Below are positions 50,690 to 62,454 of a DNA stretch of 64,000 nt, piece after piece. The position numbers and the translations under genes were made by a program. The DNA comes from Lepidodermella squamata (lineage: Eukaryota > Animalia > Gastrotricha). A model generated the notes under the pieces. That model worked only from the letters and a program-made list of their open reading frames with translations. It had not been told where the DNA came from and did no database searches. Location of the stretch: positions 1,984,001 through 2,048,000 of the forward strand of contig JBLDXI010000001.1 in NCBI GenBank assembly GCA_047495785.1. The letters run 5' to 3'. The stretch's first letter is position 1. Each line of letters starts with the position of its first letter.

Positions 50690-52834
50690 CTAAACGCGGG
50701 AAAATATAAGAGCTAGGCAGAGCAATGCTACAGTGACGAGAGAATGGCAACAACGATTTGAGGCGGCGTTCAGCGGGAAGTAGTACGCCAACAATTGATA
50801 GGGATTGCGGCCGATATCGTACCGCTGAGGACACTCGTCGTCTATAAAATGAAAATATGAATTTTAAAAATAAAAATAACGACTGAAGAGCTTACGCATT
50901 CGCTCGTTTTCGTCGAGGTACAAATGAATACTCGCGCCATCCTCAGTTTCAACAGATTGAGCCGATTGCCTGAAGCCGCAGGCAGAACGAAGAGATCTGG
51001 ACAAGTGAAATTGTCGATAATCTTTCTGCTCGTAAACCCAACAACGGAAGGGCGAAATCGAGTCATCTTTTTCATAAGTAATCATGTATGACTTGATGTC
51101 TTCCATCCAATAACCGACGCAGACAAGTTCGTTATCCGGGATATCGTACTCTCCGATAGGACGAGCGTGATAGTCCATGGTCATGCAACGTTCCGTATCA
51201 ACTCTTATGACCTTTGTGTCACGGCAGATGGCGAAATCCGTTTCGACATCGTCCTTGCGGCACAAAACTTGCATACGAGGAATGTCAGTGATACCTCGGA
51301 AACGGGTGCGGAAAGGCTCCTGGCCAGACTGGTTAAACTTGTAACGACCTGCAATCGGGCATTCAATCGGAACTGGTGGGTACATCAAGAAAGTGCGGTA
51401 TTTCCACTCATAATCATCGGGCCGGGTGTTGAAAGAGACCCAGGCGCAGGTACGTCTGAAGCGCATCTCCATGTAGTCAACGCCCATCGCTAACTGTTCT
51501 GACTCCAAAAATCGGAAAGGCTTACTCAAACGGAATCGAATGACATTTTGATGCCGAGGCAAGAAATCGAAGCAGATAAAATCGACTTCGCAAACTCCAA
51601 GAGTAACTGCTACTAACAAATAGCGAGACTCAGAATGCTGCTGGCAGATGTAGTAAGTATCCTTCAGAGTATATTGGTCGATTTTAGTGTGGAAATGAAT
51701 ATGGGTAGCATTGATTGTAACGACTGAGTCACGCTCACCCGATGTATACCAGACACCGGTAAAATTCGCAGGGAAACGGCAGTGAGGAGTAATGATTGAA
51801 GTTGTAGGTACTTTCGGTGTCAAAACCAGGGTATAATGACCACCGTAAATGTCTGGCAACTCCTGGCATGAGGCAATACGTGACATGGACCAACGTTTCT
51901 TATTCAATCCGAGTTGCTGAATTCGGCTGGTGATCAAACAGCGGAAAGCGAATTTGTCTTCTCTTTCTCCTAGATCCCAAATAGCGGCGTAAACCTTATC
52001 ACCGCCGCCCTCCCACGCTCCAAGACATTTGAACTGTTGTTCCTTTGACATTGATCCTTTCAAATCAGGGCACTCTCCCCATTTCATTTGTACCAACTCG
52101 TTACCGACGTGAGGTGTACCAGGATCGTAGCATCCTCGGATTTCACTTTGCGGTGAATCACAAACACCGGCAACACCCTTCATTTCATAAGTGAAGTGGT
52201 ATACACCCCACCAAGTTTGCGTGCAGTCTACTTTCCGGTATTCTTTGGCAAATAGCGTCGTGTAATCAAAATCATTAAGAGTCATAGGGCAGATATCTCC
52301 GAAAGAGGGCAATGCTCCAGGAGGCGGAGAAGTGCAGCCCCCGCCATCTCTGAACTGCACAATATTAGGGGTGCGGTAGTAGAACTGCATACATCGATAG
52401 CAGTCTTTACCACTACAAATAAATTGTATCATTAACAGATTTTTCTCAAGTTCACGAGGGCTTACGGATCATGCAGCAATATTTTCATGCTGTCGCCGCT
52501 CTGAATAGATGGAGTAATATTTGACAGCTCCAACTTGTAACACTCGCCTTTGAATTTTCCAGCATCAGACTGTCCGACTCCGAATTGAATGGAGTAATCA
52601 AATATATCATGGTATTGATAATCACCCTGACCAGTCAACGAGAACCATCTTCCACGGTAAGCTTCAGGAATGGGTGTACCCGAGATTGCACAGCTGATAG
52701 ACGAAGACGACTGAGGATCTGTATTCAAAATAAGCACTGAAAATCTCGAAATTTAGTAAGGCAAAAACACTACCTTGCAGTACCGCACTGTGGAAAAATG
52801 AGATAGCAACCAATATAAGCGATGGTTTCAACAT
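50690..52834 (-). CDS. Secreted, probably GPI-anchored cysteine-containing protein of a conserved uncharacterised invertebrate family (resembles DUF7042/DUF7043/DUF7044 architecture)
   Basis: Exons 52834-52774 (signal peptide MLKPSLILVAISFFHSAVLQ), 52718-52466, 52412-50896 and 50841-50690. Repeated C-x-G-x-W...Y...FRC modules, CRFPANFTGVW, CPIAGRYKF, CVGYWMEDIKSYMITY, ENERMHDECP, and a C-terminal NAAS plus hydrophobic tail. The domain names are from memory and need an HMM check. Confidence 0.8.
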
Positions 52835-53207
52835 CTAAAATTAGCGTTACAAGCATTAACAATGTCATTGATGTTTAATTTTCCATCAGGCAGGGGCCAG
52901 GGACTCATAGATGAAAAAGGAGGGAGGTGGATGCGATATCGACACCACTGCACTGAGACGAAAGGATGGTAAGACTAACACGAATTAAGCTGTTTTCAAG
53001 AGTGCATTAATTTAGTGGTTCCTACTCCTATAAGACAAGCAGCGGGCAACACATAGCAGTGACTAAAAAGGATTAAGGTCGCTTTTAATGCCCCATATTC
53101 GCCAGAAAATACTAAATATAGATTGCCACCAATAGTAATTGAGAACTAAGAACTAAGAGGGAAAGAGACAAACATTAATTTTTTCACGAGACAGGCAACA
53201 TCTGACA

Positions 53208-53241
53208 GCACGAATTACGCACGAATTACGCACGAATTACG
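53208..53241. repeat. Perfect 11-bp tandem repeat (GCACGAATTAC)x3
   Basis: gcacgaattacgcacgaattacgcacgaattacg, read directly. Confidence 0.9.
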
Positions 53242-55528
53242 ACTTGCGAAACTGAAAAGCGCTCTTTAGAGAACTGCATGCTGCGGCATGCTGCAATGCG
53301 TTAAAAAGGCCAAGAAAAGGGGACTGCATGCGTCTGAAAATCTGAAATTCGTGATGCAGGGAATTTTCAGTCTGCAGTCTTCAGGTGATCTGATCTGGCC
53401 AACCGAGAGCGGAACGCCGAACGACTTCCTACCAACGACAGGATACAACCACCGACTCACGAACTTGAAAACTCAAACGTCGACAGATGAATCATAATTA
53501 AAATTTCATTTAGAATGAAAAATGCAATTTAAATGACCACATCGAAGCAATAAATAATTCGCGTCAATATATTCCGGAGGGAAATTTTAAAAACTCTTAG
53601 CAACGCGTCGCCCTCACCATTGGAATTGGCCCGAAATGATTTTGACACTATCTGGATCGCTTTGATCACTTTTATAGAAGATCACTTTGTCACTATCTGG
53701 GATCAACACAACCTTATTTTATTTGTGGCCTATCTATCTTCCTAAAAAAGAGCGATTCGTCACTCGTCACTATTCAAACAGCTATTGTCTCTTTTGAAAT
53801 GGGATTTGTCACTATCGAGTACCGCAAATTGTGGATAAGTACTGTTTTTGCCGTTAAAGGGATACGGGCTATGGACCAGGTCTTTGGGCAGTGAGATCAG
53901 TTTCAAATGCCGAAATAGATGACAAATGGATGAGTCTCCAATGGCGATCTCCGAAAATCAGGTACAAATAATCCTGGATTTGATTTTCGCTATCGTCCAA
54001 ACATTGTTTCAACTCGCGCCCGATTTCTAACATTTCTATTTTAAGCGAATTCGGTCACCCGTTTGCATGAGGGTAATTTCACATTTGGACGCAGTAGCTA
54101 ATAGCTAAACACAGGTCTCACAATATCCACACTAATATTTTCATCTAACCACTAACGACATGGCAGCTGTGCTCACCTCAATATGTTTTGGAGACGCAGG
54201 AGCTGGCGCTATATTTTTCTAAGTCTTTCTTCGTAGCTATTAATGAATATAGCATCCTCTAGGAAAAGGAATTTCTCCAATTTTGATGCGATCTTCATGT
54301 CGGAGTCGACAAAGCAATTGCAAGCCGCTTGGCGCAATCTGACTCACCGCTCTCTTTTTTTATGAGTTGTCGTTCGCCTCCTGTTTGAAGGGTAATAAGG
54401 CTGTGAATGTCTCCATAAAATAGCAGTTAAAAGTTGACCTTGCCGTCCTTTGCTTTTAAAATTTGCCATTATTGTTTATTTGTTCGTGGATGTTCATTGT
54501 ATCAAGCGACGCATTGACATTGAAGTTGCATATCTAATTGTGCTGGCGTTGTTTCTGTGGCTCAACCCCTATTTATGGCAGTTACATTTATTCTATCCAC
54601 ATCATTAGCATTGCGGAAGGCTGAACGTCAAACTTGAGAGCTTGATAATACGTATACTAAAAATCATGAAATGAAGGTAAATGCACTTTCAAATTCGGTT
54701 TCACCTGTGCATTTGTACAGTAAGAGAGCCGTCAATACTGCAGCTAAATTGATGATTAATCATGGCAACAATTTAACTAGTTGAGCATTCTGTAAACAGT
54801 TCTTTCTCTCTTCTACTTGATGGATAGAGGTAGCAATGAAAGAAAGAAATGCTTGATCGGCAATCGAATAAAAATAGGCAGATTATTCGGGCCATCGACC
54901 ACTAGGTTATCTCCGCCGCTCAATTGCAGTTCTTACGTTTTTGCTATTCGTCGCAACATTTTGCAATGAAAACATATAGGCTTGTGGCTAATTTGCTTCA
55001 CCGTTATATTTTACTGCGCTTTTTCGAAGTTTTCCCTGCATGGCGATCGCACAGTTGACAGAAAGCAATCATAATTAATTTTGCTGGCCGGCATAACACA
55101 GATTATAATTAAAGCTTTCTTTAACTGCTCACCTTCCTTTCTTCTCCCTCACCTGTAAGAATATAGCTTTCTTACAGCTAATGCGGATGATTAAATTATG
55201 CACACGTATTTTGGAATTAATCACAGTCACAGATTACCCGTCTTACGAGGAATATTGCCTGGATGTAAGAATTCCTTATTTTTTTCGCAAAGAAAACGTC
55301 AAGTCGAGATTAGGAAATTCCTCTTTCTCTACGCCTTTCCTTGTAGAAACTCGCACTGAACATTTTTAATTAAAAACATCCAGTTTCGCGATGACTGTGT
55401 CCGAAAGAAGCGGCATTATATGAAGCTAAATTAATTTAAGATACTTGTTTGTCGCGGAAAAAAACGCGACTCAGTTCGAACTTGTTCATGGTTTTGGTCG
55501 ATCGCTGATTCCCAACGCTTGAACAGTC

Positions 55529-57900
55529 ATGGCTACCAGTATGAAAGGGGGCTCCACGTTTGGGGGCCGCAGTGTTTCCAGCACCGCCTCCTTATACGAG
55601 TCCGTTCGCGAACAATTTGCCCTTCACCGCCCATACCAACAGCCGTTCTACATTTTGTTGACCTCGGTTGTGCTATTACTGCTAGCAGCTGCAATTCGAA
55701 GCGCTATCGTTCTTAGCGATGTGTACAACTCTAAACTCCTCGTCACAGCACAAGCGACAAGTGCTATAGAAACGATGACAGCGATCGAGCAAGCCGTTGA
55801 AGTACTTTACCAAGAATTGCATTCAAGAATACCCTATCTCACCCGAAAAGAACCTCAATTAAAAGCTGAGCTGAACACTCGGCAAGCTAATGTTGATACG
55901 GTAAGTTTTGATTTGCTATCGCGATCTCCAGCTATCATTCGCTATATTTCAGTATTTTGCGCAACAAAATGACAAATTCAACTCGCTTTATTACCGAGTT
56001 CCCGAATACAAGCAATACAAGTGTGCGCTGAACATGATCAGATCGAACAACGATGACAGGCCTGATCCGGTTCGGTTATTCAGCTACCGGTCCTTGGAAG
56101 AATTGTCATTGAATGGTTAGTTACAAAGCAAAGATTTCTTTTATAAAACCAATTTACATTGCAATTTTAGCTTGGAATGACACTCGATTTTATCAGTGTC
56201 TTGTTGAGTTCACTCTCGACGTCCACCAGCATGTTGTCGCTACAGCTGGTGGTTTCGAGCTGATTTGGAGCGAAGCCGTTGGCTTTCACCTGGCTCTTAG
56301 AAGCTTCTTCTATTTCCGCATGGCAGTCGATTACGCATACGTAGCTCGTGAAACAGGTACTAGGGCGATTTTCAACAAGATTGGAACTCAGGATTCATTT
56401 ATTATTTAAATTTCAGGGCTGAAATTCAATCGTCGCGATTATGACAATGCCGATGATCGCGCTGCTATAAGTGACGCTGTTTCTTTGGCGCAGAACTATT
56501 TTTACTCCGCAAAGAGCATCATCGACCCGAGTTATGCTCCCGATTTGGCGGCTGCTAACGATGCCTTGATGAGCTTGAGCGCGAGATTCCAGTCACGAGA
56601 CAACATCACAGCCGCAGCATTGCTCATCGACTCGGAGAAATGCAAGTTTCGCTCATTGCCTATGGATTTTTTTTGAAATTAGCATCTTCTAGTTGAAATG
56701 TCATCTGCTGCTCGTGACGTTTACCAAAAAATGTTGGTTGGCGTTAATCAGTATCGGGCCGCCTTGACTAATCGGCATAATAACGCAGTTAAAAAGGCCT
56801 GGGATGAACTTGTCGGAGGTAATTTTTTTCTGGTGATTTTCAAGTAGTCTTGATCTGTTTTTTTTCCAGAAATTGTGAAGCTTATCCTCCTCGTCATTGT
56901 TCTCCCATTGCTGTTTGCTCGAGGCCTGTATCAAATTCAAAACGAGAATGTCCGCTTGCATTCTCGATACGATACCACCGTCACTAAATTTGAGGATGCG
57001 TCAAAGGTTGCCTTTCTCGGCTGCTCCAGAACCGATTTTTAATTTGATTTTTTCAAGGCTATCTTCCGACTTCTGCCCGAAAGTGTTGCGCGAAAGCTAA
57101 ACTTGGGCCTGGGTGTTAAACCAGAATTTTTCCATAACGTCACCGTGTTTTTCTCTGATATTGTCGGTTTTACGACTATCTGCGCAAAACTGAGCGCCAT
57201 CGAAGTTTTGGCTATGCTAAATCACATTTACACGATTTTCGACTCGCAGACCAAAGTTCACAAATGCTACAAGGTTGAAACCATCGGCGACGCCTACGTC
57301 GTAGCAAGCGGTGTTCCAGTGCGCAATAACACCCATTCTGCCGAGATTGCGGCTTTAGCGCTCGTTCTAGTCGAAGAGGTCGGAATGATTCGAGTGCAGC
57401 GTAGCAATCAGCGCATCCAGATTCGAGTGGGCCTTAACAGCGGTAAGATTTTAAACTCGCTATTAGAATTTGTCCCAATAGTCGCTTAATTTAGGCCCGG
57501 TTATGGCTGGCATCGTCGGTTCGAAAATGCTCCGATACTGCTTGTTCGGTAAAACTGTTCTCTACGCCAACAAGATGGAGCAAACTTCAAAGCGTAAATT
57601 CCCTATTTCCTTGATATTCCAGCAGTAGATAACTGCGATTTTTTTGCAGCTCAACGAATTCAAGTTAGCGCCACGTGTTATAAAGAGCTGGTGGAACAGG
57701 GTGGGTTCCTACTTCAAGCTCGTCCGGCTGGAGAATTCTCGGTAAGTCCTGACTGCACCAAGCAGCTTCGATGCCCAACTTCTTTTATTTTCTAGGACCC
57801 AACTTGGTGGCTGGACGGACGTGTCACTTCGAGCCAGATGTTGGCTCTCTTCGGCGCAGAAGATTCTAACATCCTAACATCTCGCGTTGACCTGCTATAA
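55529..57900 (+). CDS. Membrane guanylyl cyclase-family protein with two TM helices flanking a NIT-like helical sensor domain (NIT-GC-like); catalytically incomplete
   Basis: About 10 exons. TM1 [20 protein letters not shown]-like [23 protein letters not shown]2 [16 protein letters not shown], then [59 protein letters not shown]. Stop TAA at 57898-57900 abuts AATAAA. The cyclase call is secure; the NIT call is by motif memory. Confidence 0.88.
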
Positions 57901-58381
57901 ATAAAATGACAAAAAATATGAATAATATATAGTTGGAGTTTCTATCTGTCTTGAAATGTTTGAAAACTGAAGTGATGAAATATATTTTTTTCGAAATTTT
58001 CGTTTCTCTGTTAGTCTGGCTAAATGTTATTCGGTGGATAAACTATTTTTTATCATAGCTTATAGGCTACTCAATGTTAAACCACTCAATATTAGCCTCC
58101 TTAATTGTTGTGAAAGACGTATAATTACGATTGTTTGATGAATAATTGAATGTAAATCTCGCCAAAAGACCTCATTGTAATTTATGATGCGTAAATAACC
58201 TAATAAACCAATCTCTGAAATGTAAATTTCCAAGCTGAAATCCAAGGAACGCATTTTTATTTCAAAACAAAAATAATGTGACAATAGTGTTTTAGCAAAA
58301 CGGTACTTTATAACGAAATCGAGGTCCAAAATTATAGTTTCGAGGCAGTACATGAATAGATTGGCACAGCAAATAGAATTC

Positions 58382-59647
58382 TCATGAGCTTGTTACGTTT
58401 CCTCGAAAGTTATAGTATGCGTTCAAATCACCTGATGGTTCATGGTAACTTGAGGGTTGAGATGCCGCCAGCAGTATTAAAATCAACGTTAACAGATCAC
58501 GGGATTTAGCAATTACACCTGCGCAAAACGCATATGCCACGAGAGCAAGTAACATGAGGATAATTTCTGCCAATAAACTGTACTTCGCAGCGTTTATGCA
58601 GAACAACACCTTCTTCGTTATCATATTGACCTGATGCGCGTGGAAATGCGGCGTCATAGCCAGGGCAAAGGGCTCGGAAAACCCTATCCGCGATCGTTCC
58701 AAATTCAGCCGTTTCGCTTTGAAGCAGAGGAGAAGAGCGACGACACCTATCGGCGGGAAGCAAAGGCTGCCAACGATCGATAACTTGAACAGGACATCGA
58801 TGCGTCTGGCAAGTTCTTGCTCGCGACGAATGCTGACCTCGGCACAACGGCATTGTGGCTGCTTAGCCGACTGAGTTTGCACTGCGATGTCTCGGCTCAC
58901 TTTATCGTTAGGTTTTTGGATGATGATAAAAGGCTTCTCTGATGTAACCATTTTGTTATTTTCGATCTCAAAAACCGCTGCGTTGTTGATGTAGCACGTG
59001 TTTGCTAAATCGCTCAGATTGTTGATGTCGAGTGACAATCGGCTGGCGTGAAGTGTTCTAGTTTGAACCGGGTACCGCCGCCCACTGAGAGGTGGCCCGC
59101 CTGGTAAAGTTCCAGTTGCCGTAGCCGCTCGAAAGTTGCCACCAACTTTGTTGTTAACAAAATGAAACGCAGAAGATTTTCCAACAGTTGTCGAAGGGGA
59201 GTCGGGCTTGTCTTCTGAGGGTGCGTAATTAAGCCGACGGATGCCCATGCGAGGGGCAGCTTTTCTTCTAGCTGCCGAAGAAGTGCCATCCTCTGGCACT
59301 TGGGCAGCAGCCTCGATAACGTGAGAAAAAGCTGCTGGATTCAAGATGAAATCCTTGAAGCTACTGTCGCTGGATATCGATCCGCCAGCTTTTTCTTGAC
59401 CGTTTTTCGAAGAAACCATGTTGACAGCGAGGTAAGCTCCAGCGCCGTTATCTCGCGCGAGAGTCTGCATCATTTTTTTCTGCTTTATCTCGATCGCCTC
59501 GCACGATCGCATTAATTTCTGCGTTTGAATATTGCCGAGACTAGGCTGCGACGACGCTACGGCACCTGCAGACTCGAGTGTAAAAACTTGACGCTGCAGT
59601 TGGGGTTGATAATCCGAAATCGGCGGGTGTTTGATAGTGACAGCCAT
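58382..59647 (-). CDS. CD225/dispanin-family membrane protein with long disordered N-terminus (PRRT/TUSC5/SynDIG-like architecture)
   Basis: Single long ORF containing LSIVGSLCFPPIGVVALLLCFKAK (CD225 C-F-x-P-x-G-x-x-A motif), then AAKYSLLAEIILMLLALVAY and a further hydrophobic stretch. A splice acceptor lies just upstream of the ATG, so an upstream exon is possible. Confidence 0.75.
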   Translation of the reverse strand: MAVTIKHPPISDYQPQLQRQVFTLESAGAVASSQPSLGNIQTQKLMRSCEAIEIKQKKMMQTLARDNGAGAYLAVNMVSSKNGQEKAGGSISSDSSFKDFILNPAAFSHVIEAAAQVPEDGTSSAARRKAAPRMGIRRLNYAPSEDKPDSPSTTVGKSSAFHFVNNKVGGNFRAATATGTLPGGPPLSGRRYPVQTRTLHASRLSLDINNLSDLANTCYINNAAVFEIENNKMVTSEKPFIIIQKPNDKVSRDIAVQTQSAKQPQCRCAEVSIRREQELARRIDVLFKLSIVGSLCFPPIGVVALLLCFKAKRLNLERSRIGFSEPFALAMTPHFHAHQVNMITKKVLFCINAAKYSLLAEIILMLLALVAYAFCAGVIAKSRDLLTLILILLAASQPSSYHEPSGDLNAYYNFRGNVTSS

Positions 59648-61574
59648 TAATCGCTTCACTGTTTAATAACGCTGACAAAAATATGGCACTGAGGCTAATT
59701 GTGTTTTTGTAAGCCGGGTCCAGGTATACCGCAACGACGCAAATAGAGAAAAAGGCGATGTGCTTCTTCAGTATTTCCTGTTATTTTTATAAGCACGAAG
59801 TGGGGATTATACTGCATGAATCGTAATGTGCATGAATACGTGGGGTATATCTCCATTTCGCCATGGAGAAGCTACCTTAAACAAAGACGCCTGGGCATGT
59901 CTGTGTGGTTCAGAAATGGACCGTTACGAGCACAGTAACATCAACAGGTTAAGCCAGCCTTCAAGCAAACAATATTTGTTTGTTGTGCGCAAGACGGAAT
60001 GGTCAGCGCAGAGGCAATGTTTTATTGGACCAACCCGTTTTATCCCATAAATATTACGGCGGGTGACCCATTGGGCCTGGAGTGGTCAGCAACTGTGCAG
60101 AAAATAACAACGTAAATTCAGCACATGCCAATATGAGCGAATACGGATGACCGCCAAAATAAAAATTGGACTCATTGTGCGGATTATTTTACCTTGATGC
60201 ATGCATGCATTCCAATTCAATAATGGACCATCCGTTTGTAATTTCCGGCCAGAACAGACAAATCATGCATAAAACAATTTGTACTTTATCAATAGAGGTG
60301 TTTGCGACGGCTTTTCTTTCTTTGGTTTTTCTTTCTTTTCATTGTTTCATTCCACTGTCCGGATAGAGCACAATCCCGTATAGCACGCGTGGCCACGTTG
60401 TTGTTATCGTTCAGAGGAATATGTCTTGAATGTCGATATCGCTTGGTGTAGCGAAAGTATTTGAGAGATCAAATATGTGCGAAATTACGTAATCTAGCTT
60501 ATTTAAGCGATACCGATTTATTATTATCATGGCTCTTTGACCTAGAATATATTGCGCATGTTGCGAACATGTTTAGATCGCGTAATGAAAATTATACTGA
60601 ACCAAGAATTAAACGCTCTTTTAAGCAAACCAAGGAATGTAACTTCGAAAAATCAATGCTAAATTTTGTTTTCGCCGACTTTTTTAATTTGATCGAGATA
60701 CGGAAATCATCGAATTGCGAATTAATAGAGTGCCCGAATAGCCCGAATAAAATTCAGCTCACTACACCCGCCGTCTCAAAAAGCCAAAAAGCGGTGCAAA
60801 CGCCACGCAACAATAAATCGAATTAATTACGATAATGCCAGGAGTTTTCATGGCTTATGTTCCGCAATGTTTGGTGAGAAAAGCTATAATAGCTGACCAT
60901 AATGTTAGTCCATTGGTTGAAAATCAGAGGCTAAGCCTGAGCGCTTGCTGGGAGGACTGTTTAGTGCGTTTACCCTGCTTTGAAGCTGCTTTGTGGGGGA
61001 CTCGCGCAAGTGGGATTGCGCAAAAGTATGGGACACATAAGTGGATGAGTATGCCTTCTTCTTGGCTTGCGATCCATTTACGACTTTCGGAGGGAAATTC
61101 TGAGCAGGCCAGCATGGCTTCTCCATACAACCGAATTTATTTCAACAATATTCGATGGAGATTCAGAAAAACCTTCATTTCAGTTGTTTTTTGAAGAAAA
61201 GCCCGATTAAATATTTGCCGACGACTGTGAAATTGTTTGAAGTATAAGCATCTAATCAGTTTCGTACGATATATTTGCCGGGAGGATTGAGCGAAAATTG
61301 ACTACGACCGACAATAAATCGATAACAATAATTTTCGTGATTTGAACAAATAAAAAATAATTTATAACGTTGGATTTGAACGGCAAGATTACTGCGCTGG
61401 GTCTGGGACAATTTTCTTGATCTTTTAATCTTTTAATATTTCAAAATATACAAAAGCCCGGGTCAAGGTTGCACGCACCAAATCATGATAGCAATTATAT
61501 CGCATGCTGTGATACAATGCAGGCAAAGTTTTAGCATTTTTAGCGTCATTCGGTATAAGCATTTTTTATTGAAA

Positions 61575-62408
61575 TTATTCATTGCTGACGATTTCCCTGA
61601 TGTCGTTTTGGATGATTGCGAAATACAGCCAAGATAAAGACCTCAGTAAGTCTTTGCTACCTAGCGCTAAGCAGGCCCTATCCTCAAGATTTACGTGCAA
61701 ACGCTCCTGGTGGTAGCGAAAGTTGCTCACTAGGGAGGACCGCCCGGATAAGGTAAAATGATCCAACTGATGTTTAATTTCAGTCAGATGCATTTCCGCT
61801 ATTTCGAGGAAATTCTTCCAGTCAAAATCACTGTTTGGCGATGGCGCTCGAATGTAGTAGTTGTAGGTAACGTCGACAATGTAAAAGATGTGCAGGTATT
61901 CCCCGGAGAGCAAGAAGTCCACGAGCTCAGGCCGCTCCCTTGTCAGATATTCATGCTTCCATTCCATCACGGTACGTTTAAATACATTCCAGTCACTGAA
62001 AATTTCAGTGAAGTTGGTTGCAGAATGGGCTTCTCGAATATCCCCTGTTCCAATATTCCACAGTGGGCTAAATATGTTGGAACCTTTGTGCGAGATATCG
62101 CAATAGTTATAGCCGAAGTTTGTGACTTTGAGAGCTCTGTTGTTACCCTGATTAATGGTGAAATAATTATTAAGTTTTAGCAATCGTTGGCGCGAACAAG
62201 AGCTCACCACGTGTCTGACCATCGACCCAACTGACGAATAGTAATTGCACATCGACTCTAGCAGATTCTTATACACGACTTTGTCCCCTTTTTGAAACGC
62301 TGGATAACATTCAGCGCTAGCGGTTGGGTTGCTTCGAGGCTCGAAGGTGAAGTTAAAGCAGCACTGGATTCGTTGCCAATCTCTTTCACTGAAATTAAAT
62401 ACCGTCAT
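61575..62408 (-). CDS. Uncharacterised ~270-280 aa protein (orphan; possibly the last exon of a longer gene)
   Basis: Open 283-codon frame with globular-looking composition, and AATAAA about 6 nt after the stop (plus-strand TTTATT at ~61565). The track's start codon is TTG; the first ATG is at 62408 and a ttaatttcag acceptor lies at ~62390. Confidence 0.6.
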   Translation of the reverse strand: MTVFNFSERDWQRIQCCFNFTFEPRSNPTASAECYPAFQKGDKVVYKNLLESMCNYYSSVGSMVRHVVSSCSRQRLLKLNNYFTINQGNNRALKVTNFGYNYCDISHKGSNIFSPLWNIGTGDIREAHSATNFTEIFSDWNVFKRTVMEWKHEYLTRERPELVDFLLSGEYLHIFYIVDVTYNYYIRAPSPNSDFDWKNFLEIAEMHLTEIKHQLDHFTLSGRSSLVSNFRYHQERLHVNLEDRACLALGSKDLLRSLSWLYFAIIQNDIREIVSNE

Positions 62409-62454
62409 TTGGGGTTGATTGGCCAAACATTGAGCTAATTGGACGATTATCCCA

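Noticed and set aside
52880-53000. Possible hammerhead ribozyme or snoRNA in a GC-richer UTR-intron segment
   Set aside because: The CUGAUGA/GAAA core and paired C/D boxes are not present in the required order.
60835-61194. 119-aa plus ORF and 73-aa minus ORF upstream of the dispanin gene
   Set aside because: No recognisable motif; the best donor phase does not match the dispanin acceptor.
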